Positions 20,297 through 29,785 of a stretch of 64,000 nt of DNA are shown here, piece after piece. The stretch's first letter is position 1; the number at the start of each line of letters is the position of its first letter. Below the pieces are notes generated by a model that worked only from the letters and a program-made list of their open reading frames with translations, did not search any database and had not been told where the DNA came from. The stretch is from NCBI GenBank assembly GCA_003602515.1, contig QQSB01000005.1, positions 88,247 to 152,246 of the forward strand. Reading direction: 5' to 3'. The position numbers and the translations under genes were made by a program. This DNA is from Candidatus Poseidoniales archaeon. GTDB lineage: Archaea > Thermoplasmatota > Poseidoniia > Poseidoniales > Thalassarchaeaceae.

Positions 20297-21051
20297 GATT
20301 TCCCTTCCTTGTCAAATGCCGGATCTTTTCTCATCTGTCTAAACCGCTCACCGGAGTCAACGAATATTGTTTGTCCTGTTATCGACGGGGAATTCGCCAA
20401 GAATACTACCGACTCAGAGACATCGTGTGCAGAGGGCCCGAACCCTAACGGGGATTGAGATTGAACTGCCTTAAGTGAATCCTCATCTAGGATATCACTC
20501 GTAAGAACGTGCCCTGGTGCTACTGAGTTAATTCTGATTCTTGGAGCCAGGTCAATCGCAAGTGCAGAGGTCAAACCGTGCATTGCGAATCTCGAACCCG
20601 TATATGACAGATAATCTGCATTTGGTGATTCGATCTTGAAATCCAAAATATTCACGACCCATGAAGTCCTCTTTGCAGACTTAGACAACTCACTAATCAA
20701 GACAAGTGGTGCCAATGCGTTTACTTTCATATGTTCTGTCCACAACTCTTCAGTGATGGTTTCAATCCTATCGAAAGAGAACATTGAGGCGTTGTTGACC
20801 ACGCCAACTACGGTCCCAAGTGATTCGGTTGCCCTGTGAATAAGCCCCTTCACTGAGTCTGGATCATTAAGATCGCATTGTAATCGGGTAGCCTTTCCCC
20901 CAACGGCCTCTATCTCCGTGACTAGTTGGTTTGCATCTTGTTCAGAGTTTCTGTAGTGAATCGCAATTGAGAATCCCTCTTCTGAAAGCCTCAGGCAAAT
21001 TTCTCGACCTATCCTTTTGGCCCCACCAGTCACCAATACCGTCCCGCGCAC
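20293..21051 (-). CDS. Short-chain dehydrogenase/reductase, pteridine reductase (PTR1/FolM)-like
   Basis: The Rossmann motif is VLVTGGAKRIGREI. NNAS and Y-x-x-S/K region motifs are present (YTGSRFAM). It is coupled to the FolB-like gene. Confidence 0.65.
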   Translation of the reverse strand: MRGTVLVTGGAKRIGREICLRLSEEGFSIAIHYRNSEQDANQLVTEIEAVGGKATRLQCDLNDPDSVKGLIHRATESLGTVVGVVNNASMFSFDRIETITEELWTEHMKVNALAPLVLISELSKSAKRTSWVVNILDFKIESPNADYLSYTGSRFAMHGLTSALAIDLAPRIRINSVAPGHVLTSDILDEDSLKAVQSQSPLGFGPSAHDVSESVVFLANSPSITGQTIFVDSGERFRQMRKDPAFDKEGKS

Positions 21052-21121
21052 GCATCCCGCAGGGGACCACAGGCTTTACCGATTGCTAACAAGAAGCGGG
21101 ACTTGACAATGATAACGGTTA

Positions 21122-22216
21122 ATGTCGTTCCTCTATCCGCTAATATCGATGGAGAGGCGGTTGCCAATCATCGATACCGGAGAAGATTCGTCCGGAGGTT
21201 GCGGGAGCACTGGTCCGGCAGGGCCTCTTGAAAAAAGGAAAAACATGAGGAAGAGGCTTCCTTCGTGGTTCAAGACAGCCCTTCCAACTGGCTTGGCTCA
21301 GTCGAGATATAACGACACAAAGAGCAATGTGACGACTCATGGATTGAATACAGTCTGCGAGGAAGCACGATGCCCGAACGTTCACGACTGCTGGGGCAGG
21401 GGGACAGCCACCTTCATGGTTGCAGGTGAAGTTTGCACAAGGGGTTGCAGATTCTGTGCAGTCGGAACAGTGAAGTCCCCCCCCGAACTAAATGCAGAAG
21501 AACCCGGTGAGTTGGCTGATGCAGTCTACAATATGGGGCTGAGCTATGCAGTAATTACTGTTGTAAACAGGGATGATCTTGAAGACGGCGGTGCAATGCA
21601 CTACCGAGAATGTATCTCAGAGGTTGCAAACAAGAATCCCGGTGTTGGATTGGAATTGCTTTGTTCGGACCTAGATGGGAATCTAGAGGCTCTTGAGCAA
21701 ATGCTGGATGGGTTGCCTCTGAGGGTTTTCGCGCATAATGTCGAGTGCGTGCCGCGTCTAGACGGAATAGTTCGCGACCCTAGGGCCTCCTTCGGGCAAT
21801 CTCTAGAAATTCTGAGGAAGGCTAAGGAGGTCCGACCTGATGTACTTACGAAGACTAGTCTAATGGTCGGACTGGGAGAATCGGATGGCGAGGTAGAAGA
21901 GGCGATGAGGATGGTTCGCGAGGCTGGGGTCGATATGATCACCCTGGGGCAGTATCTACAGCCCAGCTACAGGCACCTTCCTGTGGACAGATTTCCTGAA
22001 CCAAGCATTTTTGCAGACTGGGATCGCCTAGCCAGAGACCTAGGTTTCGGTGCAGTGGCCAGCGGACCTCTGGTTAGGTCGAGCTACAGGGCTGGCCTTC
22101 TTTGGGAGGAGGCAATGGGAGGCGAGCCTGTGGTTACTCGAGACTCAACTGGTTCAGCGGTTAGCCACGTCCAGTCACAGAAGAGATTAGTTGTTGTAGA
22201 GGTTGATAATTCATGA
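21122..22216 (+). CDS. lipA: Lipoyl synthase
   Basis: The motifs are TVCEEARCPNVHDCW and the radical-SAM CTRGCRFCAV. The true start may be an internal ATG at 21149 or 21245. Confidence 0.92.
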   Translation: MSFLYPLISMERRLPIIDTGEDSSGGCGSTGPAGPLEKRKNMRKRLPSWFKTALPTGLAQSRYNDTKSNVTTHGLNTVCEEARCPNVHDCWGRGTATFMVAGEVCTRGCRFCAVGTVKSPPELNAEEPGELADAVYNMGLSYAVITVVNRDDLEDGGAMHYRECISEVANKNPGVGLELLCSDLDGNLEALEQMLDGLPLRVFAHNVECVPRLDGIVRDPRASFGQSLEILRKAKEVRPDVLTKTSLMVGLGESDGEVEEAMRMVREAGVDMITLGQYLQPSYRHLPVDRFPEPSIFADWDRLARDLGFGAVASGPLVRSSYRAGLLWEEAMGGEPVVTRDSTGSAVSHVQSQKRLVVVEVDNS

Positions 22217-22234
22217 TAAGCGGAGGGATGGGTC

Positions 22235-23470
22235 ATGGCACCTAGGGACACTGACGGGAAAATTCACGTTCCTGACGCCCCATTCAGGCCGGGTGAGGAA
22301 GCAAGTTTCGAGAACTGGCCATGGAAACCCGGGGATTTACCAATGCCTGATCCCAAAAATTGTCATTTTCAAGATACAGTTGATCTAGCTAATGGGCTAG
22401 TTAGGGTGCTTGATGACGATGGCAATGCCTCCGGGGAATGGGACCCGGGGCTCACTTCGGAACAACTCCTATCAGGCCTGGAGCATATGGTTAGGTTGAG
22501 GATCTTCGATGATAGGATGATGAAAATGCAGAGGACTGGCCTACTTTCATTCTACATGCGTTCACTAGGCGAGGAGGCAATTGCTATTGCTCAAACTATG
22601 GCATTGGAAGAGCAAGATTGGATTTTTCCATCTTACAGGCAGCCGGGTGCGCAATTCGTGAGAGGCAGGGATATGGTGAGCATGATTTGCCACTGCATAG
22701 GAAACGAAGAAGACAATATCAAGGGCAGACAGATGCCAGTGCACTATTCGTATAGAGAGGGGCGTTTCATATCGATTTCCAGCCCTGTTGGGACTCAGTT
22801 CAGCCAGGCCGTAGGAGTCTCCCTTGCATCGAGTTACAAGGGACTTGATGAAGTGACGATTACCTGGATTGGCGATGGGGCGAGTGCTGAAGGGGATTAC
22901 CACTATGCGCTGAACTTCGCTAGTGTGTTCAACGCCCCAGTAATACTGAACCTGGTGAACAACCAATGGGCAATATCCACTCATGCTAACTTCGCTACCG
23001 GAACGGGGAGTTTCGCATCTAGAGGGATACCCTTCGGACTTGCTTCCATCAGAGTGGATGGAAATGATTTCCTTGCACTATATTCTGTTACCAAGTGGGC
23101 TCGAGAGAGGGCTGCGGCAGGCTCTGGAGCGACACACATAGAGGTCCTTACCTACAGAACTGGAGCGCACAGCAGCAGCGACGACCCCAGTAGATATAGG
23201 CCCAAGAACGAGCATACCAAGTGGCCCGGCGGCGACCCTGTAGATCGGTTGAAAGAGCACCTGATTAAATTGGGAGAGTGGAGCTTGGATCAGCACAAAG
23301 AACTGGAGGAGAGGATTGACGGAGAGGTGATTGATGCGTACAAAGAGGCCGTGAAATTCGGAGATCTAGCCAATGGCCCATATCCCTCTGCGGATACCAT
23401 TTTCACAGAGGTTTACGAAGAAATGCCTTGGCACCTTAGGGAGCAGCATGACGAGATGATGGGGGGATGA
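22235..23470 (+). CDS. 2-oxoacid dehydrogenase E1 component alpha subunit (BCKDH/PDH type)
   Basis: The TPP motif is GDGASAEGDYHYALNFASVFNAPVILNLVNNQWAIS. Typical YR.GAHS.SDDP is present. Confidence 0.9.
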   Translation: MAPRDTDGKIHVPDAPFRPGEEASFENWPWKPGDLPMPDPKNCHFQDTVDLANGLVRVLDDDGNASGEWDPGLTSEQLLSGLEHMVRLRIFDDRMMKMQRTGLLSFYMRSLGEEAIAIAQTMALEEQDWIFPSYRQPGAQFVRGRDMVSMICHCIGNEEDNIKGRQMPVHYSYREGRFISISSPVGTQFSQAVGVSLASSYKGLDEVTITWIGDGASAEGDYHYALNFASVFNAPVILNLVNNQWAISTHANFATGTGSFASRGIPFGLASIRVDGNDFLALYSVTKWARERAAAGSGATHIEVLTYRTGAHSSSDDPSRYRPKNEHTKWPGGDPVDRLKEHLIKLGEWSLDQHKELEERIDGEVIDAYKEAVKFGDLANGPYPSADTIFTEVYEEMPWHLREQHDEMMGG

Positions 23471-24483
23471 AAATGGCAAATATGAATATGATTCAATCTT
23501 TGAACAGCGCTCTCGACAATATGTTAGATGGCGATCCAGATGTAATCATATTCGGAGAAGACGTTGGTTACTTTGGGGGGGTATTCAGAACAACTGATGG
23601 GTTACAAGAAAAGCATGGAAATCATCGTGTTTTCGACACGCCTCTTTCGGAAGGTGGCATCGCTGCAACCGCTTTTGGAATGGGATTAAATGGACTCAGG
23701 CCGGTGGTGGAAATCCAGTTTGCTGACTACATCTTCCCCGCTTATGATCAGATTGTGAACGAGATGGCAAAGGTGAGGCACAGGTCTGGAGGCGAGTTCT
23801 GGTCCCCTGTTACGCTAAGAACTCCGGCAGGAGGTGGGATTAGAGGCGGGCATCACCATTCACAATCCCCAGAGTCCCAATTCACACATACTCCAGGGCT
23901 CAAGATAGTTTACTGCTCAACACCATACAATGCCAAGGGTCTGCTAATTAGCGCTATTGAGAGCAATGACCCCGTAGTTTTCTTTGAGCCAAAGAGGTGT
24001 TATCGAGGACCTTTCTATGGAGACCCTCACAGCGTACCAACATGGGCCGAACATCCAGAGGCAGAAGTTCCCGAGAGCCACTACAGAATCCCCCTTGGTG
24101 AGGCGAGATTAGTACAACAAGGAAGCGATTGCACGGTAATCTCCTGGGGTGCTATGGTTCATGTTTGTGAGCAAGCAATTAGCGACAGTGGAGTATCATG
24201 CGATCTAATTGACCTGCAGACTCTTATTCCCTGGGACAAGGAGGTAGTAGTGGATTCGATCGAGAAGACAGGGAGATGTGTGATTGTCCATGAGGCCCCT
24301 AAAACTAGTGGATTCGGTGCAGAAATGGCAGCTTCTATACAGGAGAGGTGCTTCTACCATCTTGAGACGCCTATTGAGAGGGTGACGGGGTGGGATACAC
24401 CATTCCCCCATACTACTGAATGGGATTACATGCCCGGGCCATCTAGAATCGCAGCGGCGATAGTGAAAACACAGGAGGACTGA
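23467..24483 (+). CDS. 2-oxoacid dehydrogenase E1 component beta subunit
   Basis: FGEDVGYFGGVFRTTDGL and DTPLSEGGI are present. An ATGA overlap couples it to E1 alpha. Confidence 0.9.
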   Translation: MKMANMNMIQSLNSALDNMLDGDPDVIIFGEDVGYFGGVFRTTDGLQEKHGNHRVFDTPLSEGGIAATAFGMGLNGLRPVVEIQFADYIFPAYDQIVNEMAKVRHRSGGEFWSPVTLRTPAGGGIRGGHHHSQSPESQFTHTPGLKIVYCSTPYNAKGLLISAIESNDPVVFFEPKRCYRGPFYGDPHSVPTWAEHPEAEVPESHYRIPLGEARLVQQGSDCTVISWGAMVHVCEQAISDSGVSCDLIDLQTLIPWDKEVVVDSIEKTGRCVIVHEAPKTSGFGAEMAASIQERCFYHLETPIERVTGWDTPFPHTTEWDYMPGPSRIAAAIVKTQED

Positions 24484-24484
24484 G

Positions 24485-25783
24485 ATGGGAAATTTCGTGT
24501 TTAAGTTGCCTGATATCGGAGAAGGGGTGGTTGAAGGAGAAGTTGTCCAATGGCACGTCTCAGTTGGCGATTCGGTCTCCGAGGACGATCCACTTGTCGA
24601 TGTGATGACTGATAAGGCAACGGTGACAATTCCATCCCCTGAAAGCGGGGTAATCAGTTCTCTAAGTGGCGGAGTAGGAGATATGATTGCTGTTGGAACA
24701 ACTCTTCTCGAGATCGACACTGGGGGGGAAGTATCGGCGAGTGAGGGAGGAGGATCGGATGACGTTGACAAGCCAGCAGAAACGACTCCTGCCCCTGTCC
24801 CTGCCCCCGTCCCAATCGCTGCCGCGGACCCTGTCCCAACCCCTGTCCCGGACCCTGTCCCAACCGCTGCCGCTGCCCCGGCCCCAAAGGCGCCATCTCA
24901 ACCAGCAACTGGTCGGGTCCTTGCTAGTCCTGCGGTTAGAAAGCGGGCTAGAGAGAATGATGTTGATCTGTCAGCCGTTAGGGGATCGGGTCCGGCTGGT
25001 AGAATCAGGCATGCTGATTTGGATGCATTCATTGCCGCTGGAGGAGCAATTTCAGGTGCACCTCCTATTGCATACTCGGTTAAGAGAACCGAAGTTACTC
25101 CGGTGAAGGTAGTCGGACTCAGGCGCAAGATCTCAGAGCAAATGAGCCTAGCAAAGAGTAGGATTCCGCACTTCTCATACTTCGAAGAGGTAGACATTAC
25201 TGAGCTAGAGTCTTTGAGGCAGATACTCAACTCGACAAAAGACGAGACCCAACCGAAGCTGACATATCTCCCATTCATTATGCTCGCTCTAGGGAAGATA
25301 ATGCCTGAACATCCGGAATGCAATGCACATTTCGATGACGAGGGAGGAGTTGTTCTTAGGCAGGGAGCAGTAAACCTAGGTATTGCTACCCAGACTGAGC
25401 GAGGTTTGTATGTGCCCGTGGTTAAGCACGTTGAGGCTATGGATATCTGGAACGCTGCATCAGAAATGCAGAGAGTATCCGGTTCTGCGAGAGATGGCAC
25501 TGCTAGTCTAGACGAGCTTACAGGTTCCACCTTCACGATCACAAGCCTGGGGCGAGAGGGCGGCCTTGGAGCAACCCCAATTATTAATCATCCAGAGGTT
25601 TCCATACTTGGAGTGCACAAGGCAAGAGAGATGCCTGTTGTCAAGGATGGCAAGATAGTCATTAGGAGGGTTATGAATCTTTCAAGCGCCTTTGACCACA
25701 GGGTAGTCGATGGGGCTGATGGGGCTTCCTTGATTCAGCACCTCAAGAGAATGCTGGAAACCCCGGCACTCATTTTCATGTGA
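24485..25783 (+). CDS. Dihydrolipoamide acyltransferase E2 component
   Basis: The lipoyl domain carries DVMTDKATV. A P/A-rich linker follows, then the E3-binding segment LASPAVRKRAREN. The catalytic motif is DHRVVDGA. Confidence 0.92.
   Translation: MGNFVFKLPDIGEGVVEGEVVQWHVSVGDSVSEDDPLVDVMTDKATVTIPSPESGVISSLSGGVGDMIAVGTTLLEIDTGGEVSASEGGGSDDVDKPAETTPAPVPAPVPIAAADPVPTPVPDPVPTAAAAPAPKAPSQPATGRVLASPAVRKRARENDVDLSAVRGSGPAGRIRHADLDAFIAAGGAISGAPPIAYSVKRTEVTPVKVVGLRRKISEQMSLAKSRIPHFSYFEEVDITELESLRQILNSTKDETQPKLTYLPFIMLALGKIMPEHPECNAHFDDEGGVVLRQGAVNLGIATQTERGLYVPVVKHVEAMDIWNAASEMQRVSGSARDGTASLDELTGSTFTITSLGREGGLGATPIINHPEVSILGVHKAREMPVVKDGKIVIRRVMNLSSAFDHRVVDGADGASLIQHLKRMLETPALIFM
24773..24904 (+). 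repeat. Pro/Ala-rich low-complexity linker of E2 with a short tandem nucleotide repeat
   Basis: It encodes PAETTPAPVPAPVPIAAADPVPTPVPDPVPTAAAAPAPKAPSQP. The 14-nt GACCCTGTCCCAAC recurs at 24827 and 24851. Confidence 0.8.
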
Positions 25784-27228
25784 GGACTAAAATGGTAGAA
25801 TCACGCAAATGCCAGGTCTTGGTAATTGGTGCGGGGCCGGGAGGTTACGTGGCGGGAATACGTTCAGCGCAACTAGGTCTTGATACGATTGTTGTAGAGG
25901 GCGACAAGGCAGGAGGTACTTGCCTAATCAGGGGGTGCATCCCTAGCAAGGCAATTATCCATGCCGCAGAGAGGTTTGAGTCTCTACGCCAGCATTCTGC
26001 CGATGGGGGCCACATGGGACTTTCTGTCAAAGGTGAGGCCGAAGTTGACATGGTGGGATTGGTATCCTGGAAAGATTCCATTGTTGATAGGTTGAACAAG
26101 GGCGTCGAGGGGTTGCTGAAAGCGGCTGGTGCAGACCTAATCAAGGGATGGGCAAGATTCGAGGGGCCCAAGAGTTGCATCATAGATTCTGGTGCCGGGA
26201 GTGTGAAGATTGAGGCGGAGAATGTCATCATTGCTACCGGATCGAGCCATATTGATTTACCATTCATGCCATGTGATGAGGAGTTTGTCATTTCCTCTAC
26301 TGGTGCATTAGATCTAGAGGCACTTCCTAAGAGTGTTGCAATTGTCGGAGGAGGCTATATCGGCCTCGAATTGGGATGCGCCCTCGCTAAGCTTGGTTCC
26401 AAAATTACTGTCGTCGAGGGCATGAGCAGCGTTTTGGCAATAATGGACAAGGAAATTCGGAGACCACTGGAAATATGGTTGAAGAAACACAAGGTCACAG
26501 TCCATACCGATTCACTGGCCAGGGGTGTCGAAATCAAGGGAAGGGGTGCATCCAAAAAGGCTGAGTTGACATTTGAGAAAGATGGAACCGAACACAAGGT
26601 GAAGGTAGACAAGGTCCTTGTCACAGTGGGAAGGAAGCCCAATACCAAAGGATGGGGGCTAGAAAACACCGGAGTTAGGATGGATGGTTCCGGGCGCTTC
26701 ATCAGAACGGACAGGCAATGCAGAACATCAGTTCCGGGAGTATATGCAATTGGTGACGTATCTGGTGAGCCAATGCTAGCCCACAAGGCTAGTGCAGAAG
26801 GGGAGATGGTAGCCGAGATTATTGCTGGGCATAAAAGAGAATTCGACAAGATAGCTATCCCTGCAATAGTCTTTACCGAGCCCGAGATAGTATCTGTCGG
26901 CCTTACTCCCGATGAAGCCAAAGAAAGGGGCGAAGAGGTCATTGTAGGCAAGTTCCCACTTGCTGCAAATGGCAGAGCATTGAGTCTTGAGGCTGAGAAG
27001 ACCGGAGGTTTCATCCGAGTTACAGCCAGAGAGTCGGATCACGTTATCCTAGGCGTTCAGGCTGTGGGGAGTCACGTTGCAGAGTTGCACTCCGAATTCG
27101 TGTTAGCTCTAGAAATGGGGGCTTTGCTTGAAGACGTGGCCGGTACTGTGCACGCACACCCCACCATGTCCGAGGCGTTTCACGAGAGCGTTCTCAAGAC
27201 CCTGGGGCACGCCATTCACATCCAATGA
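25780..27228 (+). CDS. lpdA: Dihydrolipoyl dehydrogenase E3 component
   Basis: The FAD fold is VIGAGPGGY. The redox disulfide is GGTCLIRGCIPSK. The C-terminal motif is HAHPTMSE. Confidence 0.93.
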   Translation: MRTKMVESRKCQVLVIGAGPGGYVAGIRSAQLGLDTIVVEGDKAGGTCLIRGCIPSKAIIHAAERFESLRQHSADGGHMGLSVKGEAEVDMVGLVSWKDSIVDRLNKGVEGLLKAAGADLIKGWARFEGPKSCIIDSGAGSVKIEAENVIIATGSSHIDLPFMPCDEEFVISSTGALDLEALPKSVAIVGGGYIGLELGCALAKLGSKITVVEGMSSVLAIMDKEIRRPLEIWLKKHKVTVHTDSLARGVEIKGRGASKKAELTFEKDGTEHKVKVDKVLVTVGRKPNTKGWGLENTGVRMDGSGRFIRTDRQCRTSVPGVYAIGDVSGEPMLAHKASAEGEMVAEIIAGHKREFDKIAIPAIVFTEPEIVSVGLTPDEAKERGEEVIVGKFPLAANGRALSLEAEKTGGFIRVTARESDHVILGVQAVGSHVAELHSEFVLALEMGALLEDVAGTVHAHPTMSEAFHESVLKTLGHAIHIQ

Positions 27229-27911
27229 GGTTTCGGATGGGCGGAATCGACGTACTTAGGTGCGGGATAGTGAATTATCAAGTAATGGCTGAGTCGATGA
27301 AGGATCTTCAAAAAAAGAGGATTGCAGGAGAGATTAGTGATACCTTGATCTTCGTCCAGCATCCAGAGGTGGTGACAATTGGACCCAAGGCAGTCCGTGA
27401 TAATGTCGTTGTTGATGGATACCCGACTTGCCTGACCGACAGAGGCGGGGGAATTACCTGGCACGGGCCTGGACAACTTGTCGTATATCCAATTGTAAAA
27501 TGGGAGATTGGTGAACAGAGTGTCAGAGGGGTAATTGGGAGATTAGAAGACTGGGCGATAGCCGCTCTTGCTGAATGCGGCATTTCTGCTTACAAGAATG
27601 AGAAGATGCAAGGAGCTTGGGTGGATGGATTCAAGATTTGCTCAATCGGATTGTCATTCCTCCACTGGGTTAGCCGTCATGGGATGTCAATCAATATAGA
27701 AACCCCGGGGAAAAGGGTTCAGAATCTAGAATGCTGTGGCATTCCCGCGGGGACTCACACCAGCCTTTCGCACCTAGGGTATGAAAAAGACAAGCAGGGG
27801 CTCAAAATAGACTACAAGAGGATTGAGAAGAGCCTGAGGTTGACTTGTGAGGAGCACCTTGGTCGGGTTCCGAAGGATCCTGTAGATTGGAGTCCGGAGG
27901 CGATAGTTTGA
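27225..27911 (+). CDS. lipB: Octanoyl/lipoyl transferase
   Basis: RGGGITWHGPGQLVVYPI and FKICSIG are present. An ATGA overlap couples it to lpdA. Confidence 0.88.
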   Translation: MRFRMGGIDVLRCGIVNYQVMAESMKDLQKKRIAGEISDTLIFVQHPEVVTIGPKAVRDNVVVDGYPTCLTDRGGGITWHGPGQLVVYPIVKWEIGEQSVRGVIGRLEDWAIAALAECGISAYKNEKMQGAWVDGFKICSIGLSFLHWVSRHGMSINIETPGKRVQNLECCGIPAGTHTSLSHLGYEKDKQGLKIDYKRIEKSLRLTCEEHLGRVPKDPVDWSPEAIV

Positions 27912-29098
27912 ACAGACCTATCAGAAGTAATTTGGCTCAGCACTGGATGCTCTCCCGAGAAACCTGTTTTCTGAATCATGGCTCCTTCGGGGCAACGCCA
28001 ATTGCAGTTCTTGAAGAGCAAAGTAGACTCAGGGGCATGATCGAGAATGACCCAGTTAGGTTCTTCGAAAGAGATTACACCCCATTGATTAGTCACTCGA
28101 TAAAAATACTCTCAGAATTCATGAATGCTGATCCACAGGGGATGGCATTCGTGAAGAATACAACGGAAGGAGTGAACACGGTACTCAGAAGCCTCCCCCT
28201 ACAGCCGGGTGACGAGATTCTAGTTACGGACCACAGCTACCAGGCATGTTGGAATGCAGTAGACTTCGTTACCCAGAGGTCGGGTGCGAAGACGGTAGTT
28301 GTAGAAGTTCCATTCAGAGTCGGCAGCGAGGATGAAATCGTAGACTTGGTGATGGATTCTGTTACTGATCGAACAGTCCTAGCCATGATAGATACCGTCA
28401 CTAGCGCCACAGGCCTCAGGATGCCATTTGAAAGACTCGTCGGAGAGTTGCAAGAAACGGGAGTAGATGTCCTTCTAGATGCGGCGCATGGCCCGGGGAT
28501 TGTACCTCTCGATCTAAGCAATTTAGATGCGGCATACTGTACTGGGAATTGCCATAAATGGCTCTGTACTCCTAAGGGGTCGGCCTTTCTCCACATCAGA
28601 TCTGATCTCAAGAAGATGATTAGGCCTCTTAGTATCAGCCACGGCGCCAGTTTCGAAGGCACTGATCAGGAAAAGTTCGAGTTTGAGTTTGGATGGCCTG
28701 GGACCCAAGATCCAACCCCTTGGCTATGTATTCCGCTAGCAATTGATTTCCTGGGTGGACTAGTAGAGGGCGGATGGCCAGAGATTATGGAAAGAAACCG
28801 GATATTGGCACTCGAGGGGAGGAAGATTATCTGCAAGGCAGTTGGGACCATAGAGCCGGTTCCCGATTCGTTGGTTTCATCGATAGCTTCCGTGGAAATG
28901 CCCGGGGAAGGAGAAGTAGGACCGATGACTATGGAAGGAGACCCCTATCACAACTACCTACTGGATGAGTTTGGAATACAAGTTCCTGTTTTTCCATGGA
29001 GGCACCATGGAAAGAGGTACATTAGAATATCAGCGCAACTTTACAACAGTATCGAAGAGTATGAGTTTCTGGCAGAGTGCCTAGAAAAGTCAATGTGA
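27887..29098 (+). CDS. Class V PLP-dependent aminotransferase (isopenicillin-N epimerase / cysteine desulfurase-like)
   Basis: FLNHGSFGATP is present, and the PLP-lysine context is GNCHKWLCTPKGSAF. The TTG start at 27887 overlaps lipB. ATG 27947 is the alternative start. Confidence 0.75.
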   Translation: MESGGDSLNRPIRSNLAQHWMLSRETCFLNHGSFGATPIAVLEEQSRLRGMIENDPVRFFERDYTPLISHSIKILSEFMNADPQGMAFVKNTTEGVNTVLRSLPLQPGDEILVTDHSYQACWNAVDFVTQRSGAKTVVVEVPFRVGSEDEIVDLVMDSVTDRTVLAMIDTVTSATGLRMPFERLVGELQETGVDVLLDAAHGPGIVPLDLSNLDAAYCTGNCHKWLCTPKGSAFLHIRSDLKKMIRPLSISHGASFEGTDQEKFEFEFGWPGTQDPTPWLCIPLAIDFLGGLVEGGWPEIMERNRILALEGRKIICKAVGTIEPVPDSLVSSIASVEMPGEGEVGPMTMEGDPYHNYLLDEFGIQVPVFPWRHHGKRYIRISAQLYNSIEEYEFLAECLEKSM

Positions 29099-29140
29099 GG
29101 TTGGGAAACCATTGAATGGAGTGGGGTATGCCGTGATGAC

Positions 29141-29722
29141 ATGCCCGAGGCAGTTGTCGCACTTACTGGAGCATCAGGAGCGAAGTACTGCGTCAGACTA
29201 ATTGAAGCTCTGGTTGAGCACAATTGGTCGGTGAACCTGATAGTAACTAGCACTGGGGCCATAAATCTGGATCTTGAATGCGGGATATCGCCTAGCGAAT
29301 TGGCTGCCAAAGAAGGAGTGACTCTCGAAAATAATTCGAACCTTGCTGCCAAAGCGGCCTCTGGATCTGCTAGATTCGATGCTTACGTCGTATGTCCGGC
29401 CAGTGGAACAACGATTGGAAAAATCGCTGCCGGAATTAGTGACAATCTTGCAACTAGGAGTGCCTTGGTGGCGATGAAAGAGAGGAGGAAACTGATTATC
29501 GTTCCAAGGGAGGCCCCTTACTCCACCCCTCATCTAAAAGCCATGTTCAATCTATCAGAGTGGGGGGCAGTAATCCTCCCAGCGAGTCCTGGATTCTACC
29601 AATCTCCCAGAAATATTGAGGATCTAATTGACTTTGTAGTGGCAAGAATACTGGATCAGCTAGACGTTGATCACACCTTAGGAAAAAGATGGACCGGAGA
29701 AGAAGTCCCATCTGAAGATTGA
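29141..29722 (+). CDS. ubiX: Flavin prenyltransferase UbiX/Pad1 family
   Basis: LTGASGAKYCVRLIEAL, VVCPASGTTIGKIA and LIIVPREAPYS are present. No UbiD partner is in the window. Confidence 0.85.
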   Translation: MPEAVVALTGASGAKYCVRLIEALVEHNWSVNLIVTSTGAINLDLECGISPSELAAKEGVTLENNSNLAAKAASGSARFDAYVVCPASGTTIGKIAAGISDNLATRSALVAMKERRKLIIVPREAPYSTPHLKAMFNLSEWGAVILPASPGFYQSPRNIEDLIDFVVARILDQLDVDHTLGKRWTGEEVPSED

Positions 29723-29785
29723 TGCCCTTCATGACCGGTTCTGGAATGGGTTCAATAGTGGTGGAAAGAGCTCAGTTGCCATAAC

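Noticed and set aside
24773-24904. A short tandem nucleotide repeat (GACCCTGTCCCAAC twice, with a CCTGTCCC-like periodicity) considered as a possible CRISPR or minisatellite.
   Set aside because: It is in-frame inside the E2 gene and encodes the expected Pro/Ala-rich flexible linker. There are only two exact copies and no spacer-repeat architecture.
24205-27042. Long minus-strand ORFs across the E1beta, E2 and E3 genes: 24205-24771, 24898-25542, 26355-27014, and the RDRGR-rich 24654-24908 pair.
   Set aside because: They are antisense to genes with unambiguous catalytic motifs. The 24.6-24.9 kb ones merely mirror the Pro/Ala linker repeat of E2.
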